A stretch of DNA of 53,766 bases from Actinomycetota bacterium (GCA_009886115.1 VFJJ01000077.1:1-53766), one strand, 5' to 3'. Positions 31,638-41,672 are shown, numbered from the stretch's first letter. Notes: generated by a model not told the origin, from the sequence alone. Translations and numbers: made by a program.

Positions 31638-33341
31638 TCAGGCGTTGGATGCGATCACCCGTCCAGGCAGGGCACCGGTGAGCTTTCCCTGTTCCTGCAC
31701 GGGAACGCCGCTCACGATGGTGGCCCGGAAGCCTCCCTCGGGACGCCGCAACCGTGCGCCGCCTCCGGGCAGATCGTGGACGAACTCGTCGTCGTCGTAG
31801 TGGAGCTCGTCGAGGGCGAAGACCACGAGATCGCCATGATCGCCCGGGGCCACCCGGCCCCGGCCGTCGAAGCCGAACGCCTCGCGCTGGCGCCCGGTGA
31901 GCTGGTGGATGGCATGCTCGAGCGTGAAGTCGCTGCGGTCACGGACGTGACGGGTGAGGAACAGCGTCGGATCGCCCGAGGCACACAGCATCTGCACGTG
32001 CGCCCCGGCATCGGACGAGCTCCACAACACGTTGGGATCGGCGAGCACGCCGGCGACACCGTCGACGTCGGAGTTCGACACGCCCACAGCCACGATTCCG
32101 GGCGAGCAGTCGTTGGCCAGCACGAAGTCGGCGAACACGTCGGACGGGTGCCCGCCCCGCTCGGCCACGAGGTCGGCGAGCGACGAGCCGAGCCACCGTT
32201 CCTGTCCGACACCCTTCACCTCGACGAAGCGGACCAGCCCGATGCGCCGGTGCGGGAACATGGCCCGCTCGGTGGCATCCCACTCGGCCCGGGCCGTGTC
32301 GCGCCAGACCGGGTCGCTCAACAGCGCCGCCTTGTCTGCGCCGCGGGCCGCGACGACGCGATGCCACCCCTGGGGCATCGACATGAACATCATCGACGAG
32401 TCCCAGTTGAGCCGGAAGTCGACCGTGCGAGGCGAGAGCTGGGGCCAGATCTGGGCTCCCTCCGAACGCAACCGCCGGGTCAGCTCGAGCCAGAACTCGG
32501 TGCGGGCCGGCATGGTCTCGGTGTGGGTGAACCCGGTCCAGGTGAGCGGGACGCCCCGCGAGGCGCACAACCGGGCCAGCATCTCCATCTCGAGCTCAGG
32601 CGTGGGGCCGAGCAACGCAGGCACGAACTCGAGCAGGCCCCGCGGGGCGGCGCCGACGACGTCGAGCAGCGCAGCGAACTCGGCTTCGCCGGCGTTGCGC
32701 GACGGGACCGGTCGACCGTGCGCGTCGACGTCGAGGAACGACGTCGACAGGCCCCACGCACCGGCAGCCATGGCCTCGGCGAGCACCCGGGTCATGGCGG
32801 CGAGCTCGTGGGTGCTCACGGCGCGATCGGCGTCCCACGCGTCGTCGCCCAGCACGGCCAGACGGATCGGGCTGTGGCCGACGAGAGCCGCGACGTTGAC
32901 TCCGGTGCCTCCGGCGTTGACGGCGTCGCGGTAGCCGGCATAGTCGGTCCAGGTCCACGGCACGCTGTCGTCGAAGAGATGGCGGGGCACGTCCTCGATG
33001 TAGGAGAAGAGATCGGCGATCTGGGCCCGGGCGTCGGCGTCGGCCGCCGGGTACAGCGACAGGCTGCAGTTGCCGACGAGCGTCGTGGTGACACCGTGCT
33101 GGGGTTCGGGGTCGAGCGCCCGGTCCCAGAACACCTGCGGGTCCATGTGTGCGTGGGTGTCGATGAACCCCGGCGCCACCACCGCACCGGAGGCGTCGAT
33201 CTCGGCTTCACCGTCGGGGGCCAGGCCGGGCCCGACCTCCACGATGCGGCCATCCCGGACCCGCACATCGGCCGGCAGGGCTCGGCTGCCCGTGCCGTCG
33301 ACGACCGTCCCGCCCCGCACCAGCAGATCACCCTGTGTCAT
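31638..33341 (-). CDS. N-acyl-D-amino-acid deacylase family amidohydrolase
   Basis: VRGGTVVDGTG, APGFIDTHAHMD, HGVTT.LVGNC, SDAGAH, TGALPGR; leaderless-type start (TACCAT, 7 nt, ATG 33341). Confidence 0.9.
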   Translation of the reverse strand: MTQGDLLVRGGTVVDGTGSRALPADVRVRDGRIVEVGPGLAPDGEAEIDASGAVVAPGFIDTHAHMDPQVFWDRALDPEPQHGVTTTLVGNCSLSLYPAADADARAQIADLFSYIEDVPRHLFDDSVPWTWTDYAGYRDAVNAGGTGVNVAALVGHSPIRLAVLGDDAWDADRAVSTHELAAMTRVLAEAMAAGAWGLSTSFLDVDAHGRPVPSRNAGEAEFAALLDVVGAAPRGLLEFVPALLGPTPELEMEMLARLCASRGVPLTWTGFTHTETMPARTEFWLELTRRLRSEGAQIWPQLSPRTVDFRLNWDSSMMFMSMPQGWHRVVAARGADKAALLSDPVWRDTARAEWDATERAMFPHRRIGLVRFVEVKGVGQERWLGSSLADLVAERGGHPSDVFADFVLANDCSPGIVAVGVSNSDVDGVAGVLADPNVLWSSSDAGAHVQMLCASGDPTLFLTRHVRDRSDFTLEHAIHQLTGRQREAFGFDGRGRVAPGDHGDLVVFALDELHYDDDEFVHDLPGGGARLRRPEGGFRATIVSGVPVQEQGKLTGALPGRVIASNA

Positions 33342-33434
33342 GAAGGGCATGGTACCGCTGGGATCACTGCGTCCCCGACCCGGTGACACGCCGGGCTGAT
33401 GCGCCGTGTGCGGGGGCCGAGGTAGATTCCGACG

Positions 33435-34436
33435 ATGAGCTTGCTGGATCGAAGGACTCCCCATCCCGGTCGACGATCGATCCGTGCAGGCGCCGTCGCG
33501 TTGCTCGCGACGGTCGGGCTGCTGGCCGCGTCGTGCTCGTCGGATGACGACGACTCAGCGACCCCGGCAACCGACGAGCCGACAGCGAGGTCCGCTGAGG
33601 TCCCCGATCCGGCTGACGACGCGCCCGTCGACCCGTTGCCCGACGCCGACACCCCGGGTCTGGTCACGTGCGAAGGTTGCCCGACGACCGATGACTTCAC
33701 CGATTTTCGACCGGACTTCGGCAAGTCGTCGTCGTACCAGTTCCAGGGAACTGTCAGCCTCGCGAAAGGCAACGGAAGGTTCTACGTGGAGAGCCCCGAT
33801 GGTCAGGCCTTCGGTGGCCCCATCGAGACAGACACCCAGACCGGCAAGTACTCGGCAACCGTTCCGCTCGTGTGCGGCGAGCACGTGTTGAAGCTGGTGT
33901 GGGAGAACGACCAGGGGGCCGCTGGCGTGGTTCTCAGGCCCCGGACCACGGGTTGTGCGGCGAGCGACATCCGACTCACCCTGTCGTGGGACGACCGAGG
34001 CGACGACTTCGAGCTGCACCTGATCCGCGAGGGCGGGACCATCAACGATGGCACCAACGACTGCACCTGGACGAGCTGCATTGGAGTTCCCCTCGATTGG
34101 GGCCGGGCTGGTGACCCGTCCGACGATCCGGTCAAGGATGTGGACGACGTCGACACGCTCGGCCCCGAGAACATCGTGTATCCACAACCAGAAGTTGGCC
34201 GCTACACCGTCATGGTCGAGCATTGGGGCGGCGGCCAATCCGGTGCCAACGGGACGGTGGTGCTCAACGTGACCGGTCAGCGCCCCGTCGAGATCCCCAT
34301 CGAGGGACTCGATCCCCAGCACGTTTTCACCGCGGCCACGATCGACTGGCCCGCCGGCACGATCACGGTCGTGGCCACCACGCACGACTGCACCGCCAAC
34401 TGGGCGAGTGGCTGTCTCGACAAGATTCCCGCCTGA
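33435..34436 (+). CDS. Putative lipoprotein with a YfaP/DUF2135-like domain
   Basis: Signal peptide with lipobox LAASC, acidic linker, then DIRLTLSWD..DFELHL..DVDDVDTLGPENI; several paired Cys. Confidence 0.7.
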   Translation: MSLLDRRTPHPGRRSIRAGAVALLATVGLLAASCSSDDDDSATPATDEPTARSAEVPDPADDAPVDPLPDADTPGLVTCEGCPTTDDFTDFRPDFGKSSSYQFQGTVSLAKGNGRFYVESPDGQAFGGPIETDTQTGKYSATVPLVCGEHVLKLVWENDQGAAGVVLRPRTTGCAASDIRLTLSWDDRGDDFELHLIREGGTINDGTNDCTWTSCIGVPLDWGRAGDPSDDPVKDVDDVDTLGPENIVYPQPEVGRYTVMVEHWGGGQSGANGTVVLNVTGQRPVEIPIEGLDPQHVFTAATIDWPAGTITVVATTHDCTANWASGCLDKIPA

Positions 34437-34486
34437 CGCCACCGTCGTCAGGCGAGCAGAGGCCGACGGGTCGAACTCATCGAGCT

Positions 34487-35785
34487 CTAGTGGTTGGCCA
34501 TCTCGTGGTCGATGAACTCGGCGAAGCGCTCACGCAGTTCCGCCTTGCGGGTGGGGACGTGTTGGCTCGGCCAGCCCTCGACCGGCGTGTAGGCCTTGGC
34601 CCGCTTGGTCGCGACGAACGACTTGTGCACCTCGTCGGCGCCGTCGGCGATGCGCATCTGGCGGGCCATCACGTACATCTCGGCGAGCGGCAGGTCGGTC
34701 GTCCACCCCAGCGCTCCGTGCACCTGGATCGCCCGGTCGATCACGTTGCCGAGCACCTGCGCGCCCCAGTACTTCAGCTCGGCGATCTCGATGCGGGCCA
34801 ACGATCCACCTTCGGTGTCCCACACCCAGGCCGAGTGCAACGCCATGAGGCGCAGCGCCCGGATCTCGGCTGACGAGTCGGCGATCAGCTCCTGGATCAT
34901 CTGCTTCTCGATGAGCAGCTGGCCCTTGGTCTGGCGGCTGACGGCTCGCTCGCACATGAGGTCGAAGGCCTTCTGGCACTGGCCGACCCAGCGCATGGCG
35001 TGGTGGATCCGTCCGCCCGAGAGGCGCTTCTGGGCCAGGAGGAACCCGTCGCCCTCGGCACCGATGCGATGGTCGGCGGGGATCCGGCAGTCCTCGAAGA
35101 AGATCTCGGCGTGACCACCCGAGCGGAAGTGGCCGGGGTACGGGTGGTGCATGGTGAAGACGTTGCGGTGGATCCGCATGCCGGGCGTGTCACGGGGCAC
35201 GACGAAGAACGAGGCGGCCTTGTGCGGGGGGTTGTCGGGGTTGGTGACGGCCATCACGAGCACGAAGTCGGCCTTGGCGGCGTTCGACGCGAACCACTTG
35301 TGGCCGTTGATGACGTACTCGTCGCCGTCGCGCACGGCCCGGGTGTTGATCATCGTCGGATCGCTGCCCGAGAAGTGGGGCTCGGTCAGCGAGAACGACG
35401 ACGTGATGTCGCCTCGCAGCAGCGGCCACAGCCACCGATCCTTCTGCTCGTCGGTGGCGCCGATGGCGATGAGCTCGCCGTTGCCCGAGTCGGGGGCTTG
35501 GTTGCCGAAGATCTCCGGTGCCCGGGTGACCCGCCCCAGGATCTCGTGCATCAACGCCAGCTTCACCTGCCCGTAGCCCTGGCCGCCGAGCTCGGGGTCG
35601 AGATGGCAGGCCCACAGACCCCGGTCCTTCACCTGCTGCTTGAGCGGGGCGGTGGCCCGCTTCCAGCTGGCGTCGGTCATCTCGTCGTAGAACAGATGGA
35701 GCGGCTCGATCTCGTCGTCGACGAAGCGGCGCATCCAGGCGAGATGCTCGGCGAATTCCGGATCGACGCTGAAGTCGATGCTCAT
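34487..35785 (-). CDS. Acyl-CoA dehydrogenase family protein
   Basis: FGNQAPDSGN, FSLTEP..SGSDP, INGHKWF, AQKRLSGGRIHH, DRAIQVHGALG, RIADGADEVH; GAGGGG RBS. Confidence 0.94.
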   Translation of the reverse strand: MSIDFSVDPEFAEHLAWMRRFVDDEIEPLHLFYDEMTDASWKRATAPLKQQVKDRGLWACHLDPELGGQGYGQVKLALMHEILGRVTRAPEIFGNQAPDSGNGELIAIGATDEQKDRWLWPLLRGDITSSFSLTEPHFSGSDPTMINTRAVRDGDEYVINGHKWFASNAAKADFVLVMAVTNPDNPPHKAASFFVVPRDTPGMRIHRNVFTMHHPYPGHFRSGGHAEIFFEDCRIPADHRIGAEGDGFLLAQKRLSGGRIHHAMRWVGQCQKAFDLMCERAVSRQTKGQLLIEKQMIQELIADSSAEIRALRLMALHSAWVWDTEGGSLARIEIAELKYWGAQVLGNVIDRAIQVHGALGWTTDLPLAEMYVMARQMRIADGADEVHKSFVATKRAKAYTPVEGWPSQHVPTRKAELRERFAEFIDHEMANH

Positions 35786-35944
35786 TGGTCCCCCTCGGTA
35801 CGGAACCCGACTCTGCCATCCCCCGGGCCCCGGTGCCCATCGACGACCCCCTGTGATCGAGGCCGGGCAACCGCTTCGGGACCCGAGAGCCCCGTGGAGG
35901 ATCCTCACCGGCCCGGTAACGTCACGCGACGAGGAGGAGGAGCA

Positions 35945-37114
35945 ATGCGGCAGGTGGTCGAGATCGTCGTGTTCTTGCTGGGAGCGGTGGCGCTGGTGCG
36001 AACGATGCTCTCGGCGGTCCGCACCGTCGTCGTGCCCCGAGCCGCCTCGAGCGTCTTGACCCGAGCGGTGTTCCGGAGCATCCAGTGGCTCTTCAAGCTG
36101 CGCACGCGACAGATCGCGTCGTACGAGCAACGCGATCATGTGCTGGCCCACCTGGCGCCGATCAGCCTGTTGGCGCTGCCGGTCGTCTGGCTCATCACGG
36201 TGCTGCTCTCGTGCACCGGCATGTTCTGGGCCCTGGGCGTGACGCCGATCCGAGATGCGTTCACCACCAGCGGCTCATCACTTCTCACGCTGGGCTTCGC
36301 GACGGTCGATGATCTGCCGACGACGCTCCTGGCCTTCAGCGAGGCGACCATCGGCCTGATCCTGGTGGCCTTGCTCATCTCGTACCTGCCCACGATGTAC
36401 TCCGCGTTCAGTCGTCGTGAAGCCCAGGTCGCGCTGATGGAGGTCAGAGCCGGGTCGCCGCCGTGGGGCGTCACCATGGTGGAGCGCTACTGGCTCATCG
36501 GCTCGTTCGAGCGGATCCACGACATCTGGTCACCGTGGGAGCTCTGGTTCGCCGAACTGGAGGAGACCCACACGTCGACCTCGGCGCTGTGCTTCTTCCG
36601 ATCGCCCAAGCCGGGTCGCTCGTGGGTCACCGCCGCCGGCGCCTGCCTCGACGGGGCCGCGCTCGTGGTCGCGGCCATCGACGTCGACGAGCCTCCCGAG
36701 GCGTCGTTGTGCATCCGATCCGGTTTCATGGCGCTGCGTTCCATCGCCGAGTCGCTCGACATCGTCTTCGACCCCGATCCTCGCCCCAGCGATCCGATCT
36801 CGGTGACCCAGGAGGAGTTCAACGAGGCCTACGAGCGTCTGGCCGCGGTCGGCATCCCGATGCGCCCCGATCGTGAGCGGGCCTGGCGCGACTTCGCCGG
36901 ATGGCGAGTCAACTACGACGTCCCGTTGCTGGGTCTCGCAGCCTTGGTCGAAGCGCCCTACGCGCCGTGGTCGGCGGGCCGGTTGCTGCTCACGCATCCG
37001 TCGGGTCGTCGGGGGACGCGGTGGAGGCCGCGAGCCGAGCGAGGCCCAGCGCGACGCCAGCCGCGAGGCCCGGGGTCAGGAAGCGACGGTACGCGAACGC
37101 GAGCGGTCCCCTGA
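35945..37114 (+). CDS. Membrane protein resembling 2TM ion-channel (K+ channel-like) family
   Basis: Strong RBS GAGGAGGAGG; three hydrophobic helices; pore-like SGSSLLTLGFA; ISYLPTMYSAFSRRE; soluble C-terminal domain. Confidence 0.65.
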   Translation: MRQVVEIVVFLLGAVALVRTMLSAVRTVVVPRAASSVLTRAVFRSIQWLFKLRTRQIASYEQRDHVLAHLAPISLLALPVVWLITVLLSCTGMFWALGVTPIRDAFTTSGSSLLTLGFATVDDLPTTLLAFSEATIGLILVALLISYLPTMYSAFSRREAQVALMEVRAGSPPWGVTMVERYWLIGSFERIHDIWSPWELWFAELEETHTSTSALCFFRSPKPGRSWVTAAGACLDGAALVVAAIDVDEPPEASLCIRSGFMALRSIAESLDIVFDPDPRPSDPISVTQEEFNEAYERLAAVGIPMRPDRERAWRDFAGWRVNYDVPLLGLAALVEAPYAPWSAGRLLLTHPSGRRGTRWRPRAERGPARRQPRGPGSGSDGTRTRAVP

Positions 37115-37430
37115 GGGTGGCCTCGGCCGAGACCGCCGAGGTGCCGCCGCGACGGGCCTCGATCAGGATCTTCGTGCGGACGGCAGCGCCGGGCAGCTGC
37201 GTGACCGTCTCGAACGCGGTGCCCTCGTCGATCGCAGTGACGACGAACGGGGTCTTGGGGCCGCTCCTCATGGTGAGCAGCCCACGGGCGCCCACCCGGA
37301 ACGGGCCGTCGAGATGCGCCCGCTCGACGCCGTCGTGCCACGACGGCCACGCTCCCACCTCGACGCAGCGGCGCCAGAGCACGCTCGGTGGCGCAGCCAC
37401 CTCGATCGAGTGCGTCCCCGTCCATCCCAT
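36990..37430 (-). CDS. SRPBCC (polyketide cyclase/START-like) family protein
   Basis: SIEVAAPP..LW...V..WP.W..GV......GPF.VG pattern; 146 aa. Confidence 0.75.
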   Translation of the reverse strand: MGWTGTHSIEVAAPPSVLWRRCVEVGAWPSWHDGVERAHLDGPFRVGARGLLTMRSGPKTPFVVTAIDEGTAFETVTQLPGAAVRTKILIEARRGGTSAVSAEATLRGPLAFAYRRFLTPGLAAGVALGLARLAASTASPDDPTDA

Positions 37431-37511
37431 GCCGCGGAGATCATGGCTGGCGGGCGCCCTCGAGTCGCATTGCCGTTGGACGGTCCGCTCCGTCGGGTAG
37501 CTTCGTGGGTC

Positions 37512-38111
37512 GTGCAGCTGTCGTTCTCCTTCGCGCCCTCCGCGCCCCCTGCGCCCCCCGGGCTCGGGCCGGCACTGGCCCCAGCACCGGCGCCGGAGCT
37601 GGTCCCGGCTCCCAGTCGGCACCCCCGCGACAGCCAGCGGATGCGCGTCTACCGGGCCGAGCACGGGCTGCGGGGGGCGCTGCTCCCCCAGCTCGGCGAC
37701 TGCCGGACCTATCTGAGCGCTGTGGTGGGCGATCCCTGGTGGGCGGATCGGTTCCCCGGGCTCGACGAGCTCGCGCTCCCCGACTTCCGGCCCGGGCACG
37801 GCGCCCGTCGAGCCTTCTACCGACTCGAGTTGGCGCCCCCGCACGGGACGGGACGCCCGTCGATCACCCTCCCCCGGTCCTACCGCACCCAGCACGTCGT
37901 GCTGCACGAGGCCGCCCATTGGGCCCTCGATCAGCGCACCGACCTGGCGGTGCACGGCCCGGCATTCGTCCGGTTGCTCGTCGATCTCACCGAGCGCTAT
38001 CGGGGGACCAGGGCTGTCAACGTCCTGAGCGAGCACCTCGGCACCCAAAGGGTCACCGTCGGACCACCAGCGATCCGCACCGACGCCGGATGGCGCTACG
38101 TCGACGTGTGA
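37512..38111 (+). CDS. TIGR04338-like HEXXH metallohydrolase
   Basis: RDSQRMRVYRAE, VVLHEAAH, HGPAF; TAGCTT -10 lies 8 nt before GTG 37512. Confidence 0.78.
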   Translation: MQLSFSFAPSAPPAPPGLGPALAPAPAPELVPAPSRHPRDSQRMRVYRAEHGLRGALLPQLGDCRTYLSAVVGDPWWADRFPGLDELALPDFRPGHGARRAFYRLELAPPHGTGRPSITLPRSYRTQHVVLHEAAHWALDQRTDLAVHGPAFVRLLVDLTERYRGTRAVNVLSEHLGTQRVTVGPPAIRTDAGWRYVDV

Positions 38112-39808
38112 AGCCTGCCGAGGTCGATGCTCCGGGTGGTCGAGACCCGCTCGAGGAACGCCCGATCGTGCGTCACCAGCACCAGCGTCCCTTCGAACGT
38201 CGCCAGGGCCTGTTCGAGCTGCTCGATGGCCGGTACGTCGAGATGGTTCGTCGGCTCGTCGAGCACGAGACAGTTCACACCCCGGGCCACGACCGCGGCG
38301 AGCAAGACCCTGGTTCGCTCACCGGGTGAGAGCTGACCGGGGAGACGTTCCACGTGCTCGGCGCCGATGCCGAACTTCGCGAGGAGTGAACGCCCTTCGG
38401 AGATGCTCAGGCCGGTGGTGTCGAGGAACTGCCTGAGAACTGTTACTTCTCTACCGGGCCCCTGGCCTCCGGCCATCCCGCCAGGTGCCTTCGGGGGCCC
38501 CCACCCCCCGGCCGAGTCACTGGTACGGCTGCGCTCGTCGCCTCCGGCCAGGGCGCGGACCTGGTCGAGCTCGCCGATGACGACCCCGGGACCCAACCAC
38601 CGCCGGCCCGAGCGCAATGGCACCCGTCCGAGAAGCGCTCCGATGAGCGTGGACTTCCCGCACCCGTTGGGGCCCACGACGGCGACGCGCTCGCCCCAGC
38701 CGATCTCGAGATCGACGGGGCCCAGCACGAACGATCCCCGTTCGATGACCGCGCTCTCCAAGCGGGCCACGACGTCGCCGCTGCGAGCCCCGGCTGCGAA
38801 GTCGAGGCGCAGCTCCCAGCCTTCCCACGGCTTGTCGACGACGACGAGGCGCTCGAGGGCCTTCTCGCTGATGCGTACCTTGGCCGCTTGCTTCTCGGTC
38901 CGGTCGATCTTGGTGCCTCGGGCGGCCCGGTCGTTGTCCTTGGGCTTCTTCTTGGCCTTGGCCGCGCCGTGCGCCGCCCAGTCGCGCTGCTCGCGAACCC
39001 TGCTCTCCAGCCGTGACTTCTCGCTCGAAGAGCGCTCGTGGGCCAGGCTCCGATGGCCCCGGGCGAGGTCGCGTGCCTCCACGTAGTCGCTCCAGCCGCC
39101 AGCGAGCTCCGTGCCACGGTGACTGTGCTCGTCGATCTCCAAGATCCGGTTGGCGATCCGGTCGAGGAAGGCCCGATCGTGCGAGACCACCACCAGCCCG
39201 CCGTCGCGCTCGGTGAGGAAGCCCTCGAGCCGATCGAGCCCTGCGAAGTCGAGGTTGTTCGTCGGCTCGTCGAGCAGGATCACGTCGAAGCGGCTCAACA
39301 AGATCGCGGCCAGGCCGGCCCGGGCGGCCTGGCCACCCGAGAGCGCGTGCAGGTGAACGTCGAGCCTGTCGGCGGGCAGCCCGACATCGGCGCACACTGC
39401 CCCGACCCGCGCGTCGAAATCGTCGCCCCCCAATGCGCAGAAGCGATCGAGCGCTTCGGTGTAGGGGTCGATGGCCTTCGGATCGTGGGCGAGCGCTTCG
39501 GTCCACCGGTCGAGATCGGCCTCGGCTCGGGCGACCCCGGTGCGCCGCGCGAGATATCGGCGCAGGGTCTCGCCCGCCTCGGCGTCGGGCTCCTGCGGCA
39601 GGAACCCCACGGTCGTCGAGCTCGGTGTCCGGTCGACCCGCCCCGAGTCAGGCTCGTCGATCCCGCCGAGGATGCGCAGCAACGTCGACTTGCCGATGCC
39701 GTTGGGCCCGACCACGCCCACCCGGGAATGGTCGACGATCCGCAACGACACCTGATCGAGGATCACCTGTGCGCCCTGGTACTTCACGAGGTCGACGGCA
39801 GAGAGCAT
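38096..39808 (-). CDS. ABC-F family ATP-binding protein
   Basis: Two ABC cassettes (GPNGIGKST/LSGGQ/LLDEPTNNLD; GPNGCGKST/LSPGE/VLDEPTNHLD) and no TM segments; TACCCT, 6 nt, ATG 39808. Confidence 0.93.
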   Translation of the reverse strand: MLSAVDLVKYQGAQVILDQVSLRIVDHSRVGVVGPNGIGKSTLLRILGGIDEPDSGRVDRTPSSTTVGFLPQEPDAEAGETLRRYLARRTGVARAEADLDRWTEALAHDPKAIDPYTEALDRFCALGGDDFDARVGAVCADVGLPADRLDVHLHALSGGQAARAGLAAILLSRFDVILLDEPTNNLDFAGLDRLEGFLTERDGGLVVVSHDRAFLDRIANRILEIDEHSHRGTELAGGWSDYVEARDLARGHRSLAHERSSSEKSRLESRVREQRDWAAHGAAKAKKKPKDNDRAARGTKIDRTEKQAAKVRISEKALERLVVVDKPWEGWELRLDFAAGARSGDVVARLESAVIERGSFVLGPVDLEIGWGERVAVVGPNGCGKSTLIGALLGRVPLRSGRRWLGPGVVIGELDQVRALAGGDERSRTSDSAGGWGPPKAPGGMAGGQGPGREVTVLRQFLDTTGLSISEGRSLLAKFGIGAEHVERLPGQLSPGERTRVLLAAVVARGVNCLVLDEPTNHLDVPAIEQLEQALATFEGTLVLVTHDRAFLERVSTTRSIDLGRLHTST

Positions 39809-39835
39809 GCCCCGAGGGTATCCACCCCCGCCGAG

Positions 39836-39879
39836 CACCTGTGAGTTGTCGGGGTCTGGACCCGGTGTTCTCACAGGTG
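39836..39879. repeat. REP-like imperfect palindrome (degenerate copy)
   Basis: CACCTGTGAG...GGGTC-TG-GACCC...CTCACAGGTG, with CCCCCG a few bases to its left (CGGGGG on the minus strand); between divergent genes. Confidence 0.65.
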
Positions 39880-39938
39880 GTCGGCAGCGAGGCTCGGGAC
39901 GGCGGGGGACGGGCGGGGGCGGGGCTACCCTCCACTCC

Positions 39939-40595
39939 ATGAGCCCCAAGTCGTTCTTCCTCGACGAGCCCGTCCATCGCTACCTGCTCGAGCACGGTAC
40001 GCCGCCCGATGCCGTCCAGCAGGCGCTCATCGAGGAGACGGCCCGGCTCGGCCGGATCGCCGGGATGCAGATCGCGCCCGAGCAGGGGGCGCTGATGACC
40101 TTGCTGACGAGGCTGATCGGCGCTCGCCGGGCCGTCGAGGTGGGTACCTTCACGGGGTACTCGGCCTTGGCCATCGCCATGGGACTCCCCGACGACGGAC
40201 ACCTCCTCTGCTGCGACGTGAGCGACGAGTGGACCACCGTCGCTCGACGAGCCTGGGCCGATGCCGGCGTCGACCACAAGATCGAGCTCCGTCTGGCACC
40301 GGCAGCCGAGACCCTGAGGGCGTTGCCGCTCGATCCCGTGCTCGACCTGGCGTTCATCGACGCCGACAAGACCAACTACCGCGCGTACTACGACGAGATC
40401 CTGCCCCGACTCCGTCCTGGCGGATTGCTGCTCGTCGACAACGTGCTGTGGAGCGGCCGCGTTGTCGACCCTGGCGCCAACGACGACGACACCGTGGCCA
40501 TCAGGGCCTTCAACGACATGGTCGCGTCCGACGAACGGGTCGATCGCGTCATGCTGGCCGTCTCGGACGGGCTGACGATCTGCCGAAAGCGCTGA
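39939..40595 (+). CDS. SAM-dependent O-methyltransferase (caffeoyl-CoA OMT/COMT-like)
   Basis: MQIAPEQG, EVGTFTGYSAL, DLAFIDADK.NY, LRPGG...DNVLWSG. Confidence 0.93.
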   Translation: MSPKSFFLDEPVHRYLLEHGTPPDAVQQALIEETARLGRIAGMQIAPEQGALMTLLTRLIGARRAVEVGTFTGYSALAIAMGLPDDGHLLCCDVSDEWTTVARRAWADAGVDHKIELRLAPAAETLRALPLDPVLDLAFIDADKTNYRAYYDEILPRLRPGGLLLVDNVLWSGRVVDPGANDDDTVAIRAFNDMVASDERVDRVMLAVSDGLTICRKR

Positions 40596-40637
40596 AGATC
40601 GCCAGGCGGCCGTCGCGCGGTCGGTAGATTCGGCATC

Positions 40638-41672
40638 GTGAAAACTTCCCCGTTCCTCGCTGCGTGCCGCCTCGAACCGGTGTCGCACGTACCTGTCTGG
40701 TTCATGCGTCAGGCTGGACGGTCGCTGCCCGAGTACCGGGCGATCCGCGGCGTCGGCACCATTCTCGACGCCATCGCCCAGCCCGAGCTCGCGGCCGAGA
40801 TCACGCTGCAGCCAGTGCGCCGCTACGGCGTCGACGCCGCGATCCTGTACTCCGACATCGTGGTTCCCGTCGCGGCGATCGGGTTCGGTGTCGACGTCAA
40901 GCCCGGCGTCGGACCCGTGATCTCCGAGCCCTTCCGCAGCCGGGCCGACCTGGCCCGCCTGCGTCCACTCGAGCCCGAGCTCGACACGCCGTACGTGCTG
41001 GAGACGGTGCGGATCCTCACCGGCGAGTTGGCCATTCCCCTCATCGGCTTCGCGGGAGCGCCGTTCACCGTGGCCTCGTACCTGGTCGAGGGGAGCCCGT
41101 CACGCACCTATCAGCACACCAAGGCGCTCATGCACGAGGACCCCGCGCTCTGGTTCGAGTTGCTGGACCGGTTGGCTGATCTGGCCGTGGCGTCGCTGCG
41201 GTCGCAGGTCGCAGCCGGGGCGCAGGCCGTGCAACTGTTCGACAGCTGGGCCGGTGCTCTCGATCCCCACGACTACGAGCACTTCGTGATGCCGGCCTCG
41301 CGCAAGGTGTTCGAGGGGATCGCCGATCTCGGCGTGCCGCGCATCCACTTCGGCGTCAACACCGGTGAGCTCCTCGGCTTGATGGCCGATGCGGGTGCCG
41401 ATGTCGTCGGGGTCGACTGGCGCGTCCCGCTCGACGCCGGGCGCGAACGGGTCGGACCGAGCATCGCAGTCCAGGGGAACCTCGATCCGGCGATCTGCCT
41501 GGCGTCGTGGGACGTGGTCGAACAAGCGGCGCTCCGGGTGCTCGATCGCAACGGTGGGAGGCCCGGCCACATCTTCAACCTGGGCCACGGCGTGCTCCCC
41601 GAGACCGACCCCACCATCCTCGAGCGGCTCGTCGAGCTGGTGCACGGGTATCAGGGCCCGGCCCGATCGTGA
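40638..41672 (+). CDS. hemE: Uroporphyrinogen decarboxylase
   Basis: [51 protein letters not shown]. Confidence 0.98.
   Translation: MKTSPFLAACRLEPVSHVPVWFMRQAGRSLPEYRAIRGVGTILDAIAQPELAAEITLQPVRRYGVDAAILYSDIVVPVAAIGFGVDVKPGVGPVISEPFRSRADLARLRPLEPELDTPYVLETVRILTGELAIPLIGFAGAPFTVASYLVEGSPSRTYQHTKALMHEDPALWFELLDRLADLAVASLRSQVAAGAQAVQLFDSWAGALDPHDYEHFVMPASRKVFEGIADLGVPRIHFGVNTGELLGLMADAGADVVGVDWRVPLDAGRERVGPSIAVQGNLDPAICLASWDVVEQAALRVLDRNGGRPGHIFNLGHGVLPETDPTILERLVELVHGYQGPARS

Noticed and set aside
5884..35785. Genomic island or secondary-metabolite biosynthetic cluster
   Set aside because: No integrase, tRNA, flanking direct repeats or evident compositional shift, and no PKS/NRPS/RiPP/terpene core gene.
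38096..39808. Antibiotic-resistance (ARE) ABC-F
   Set aside because: Subfamily cannot be told by eye; there is no leader peptide or attenuator (leaderless-type start) and no resistance context.
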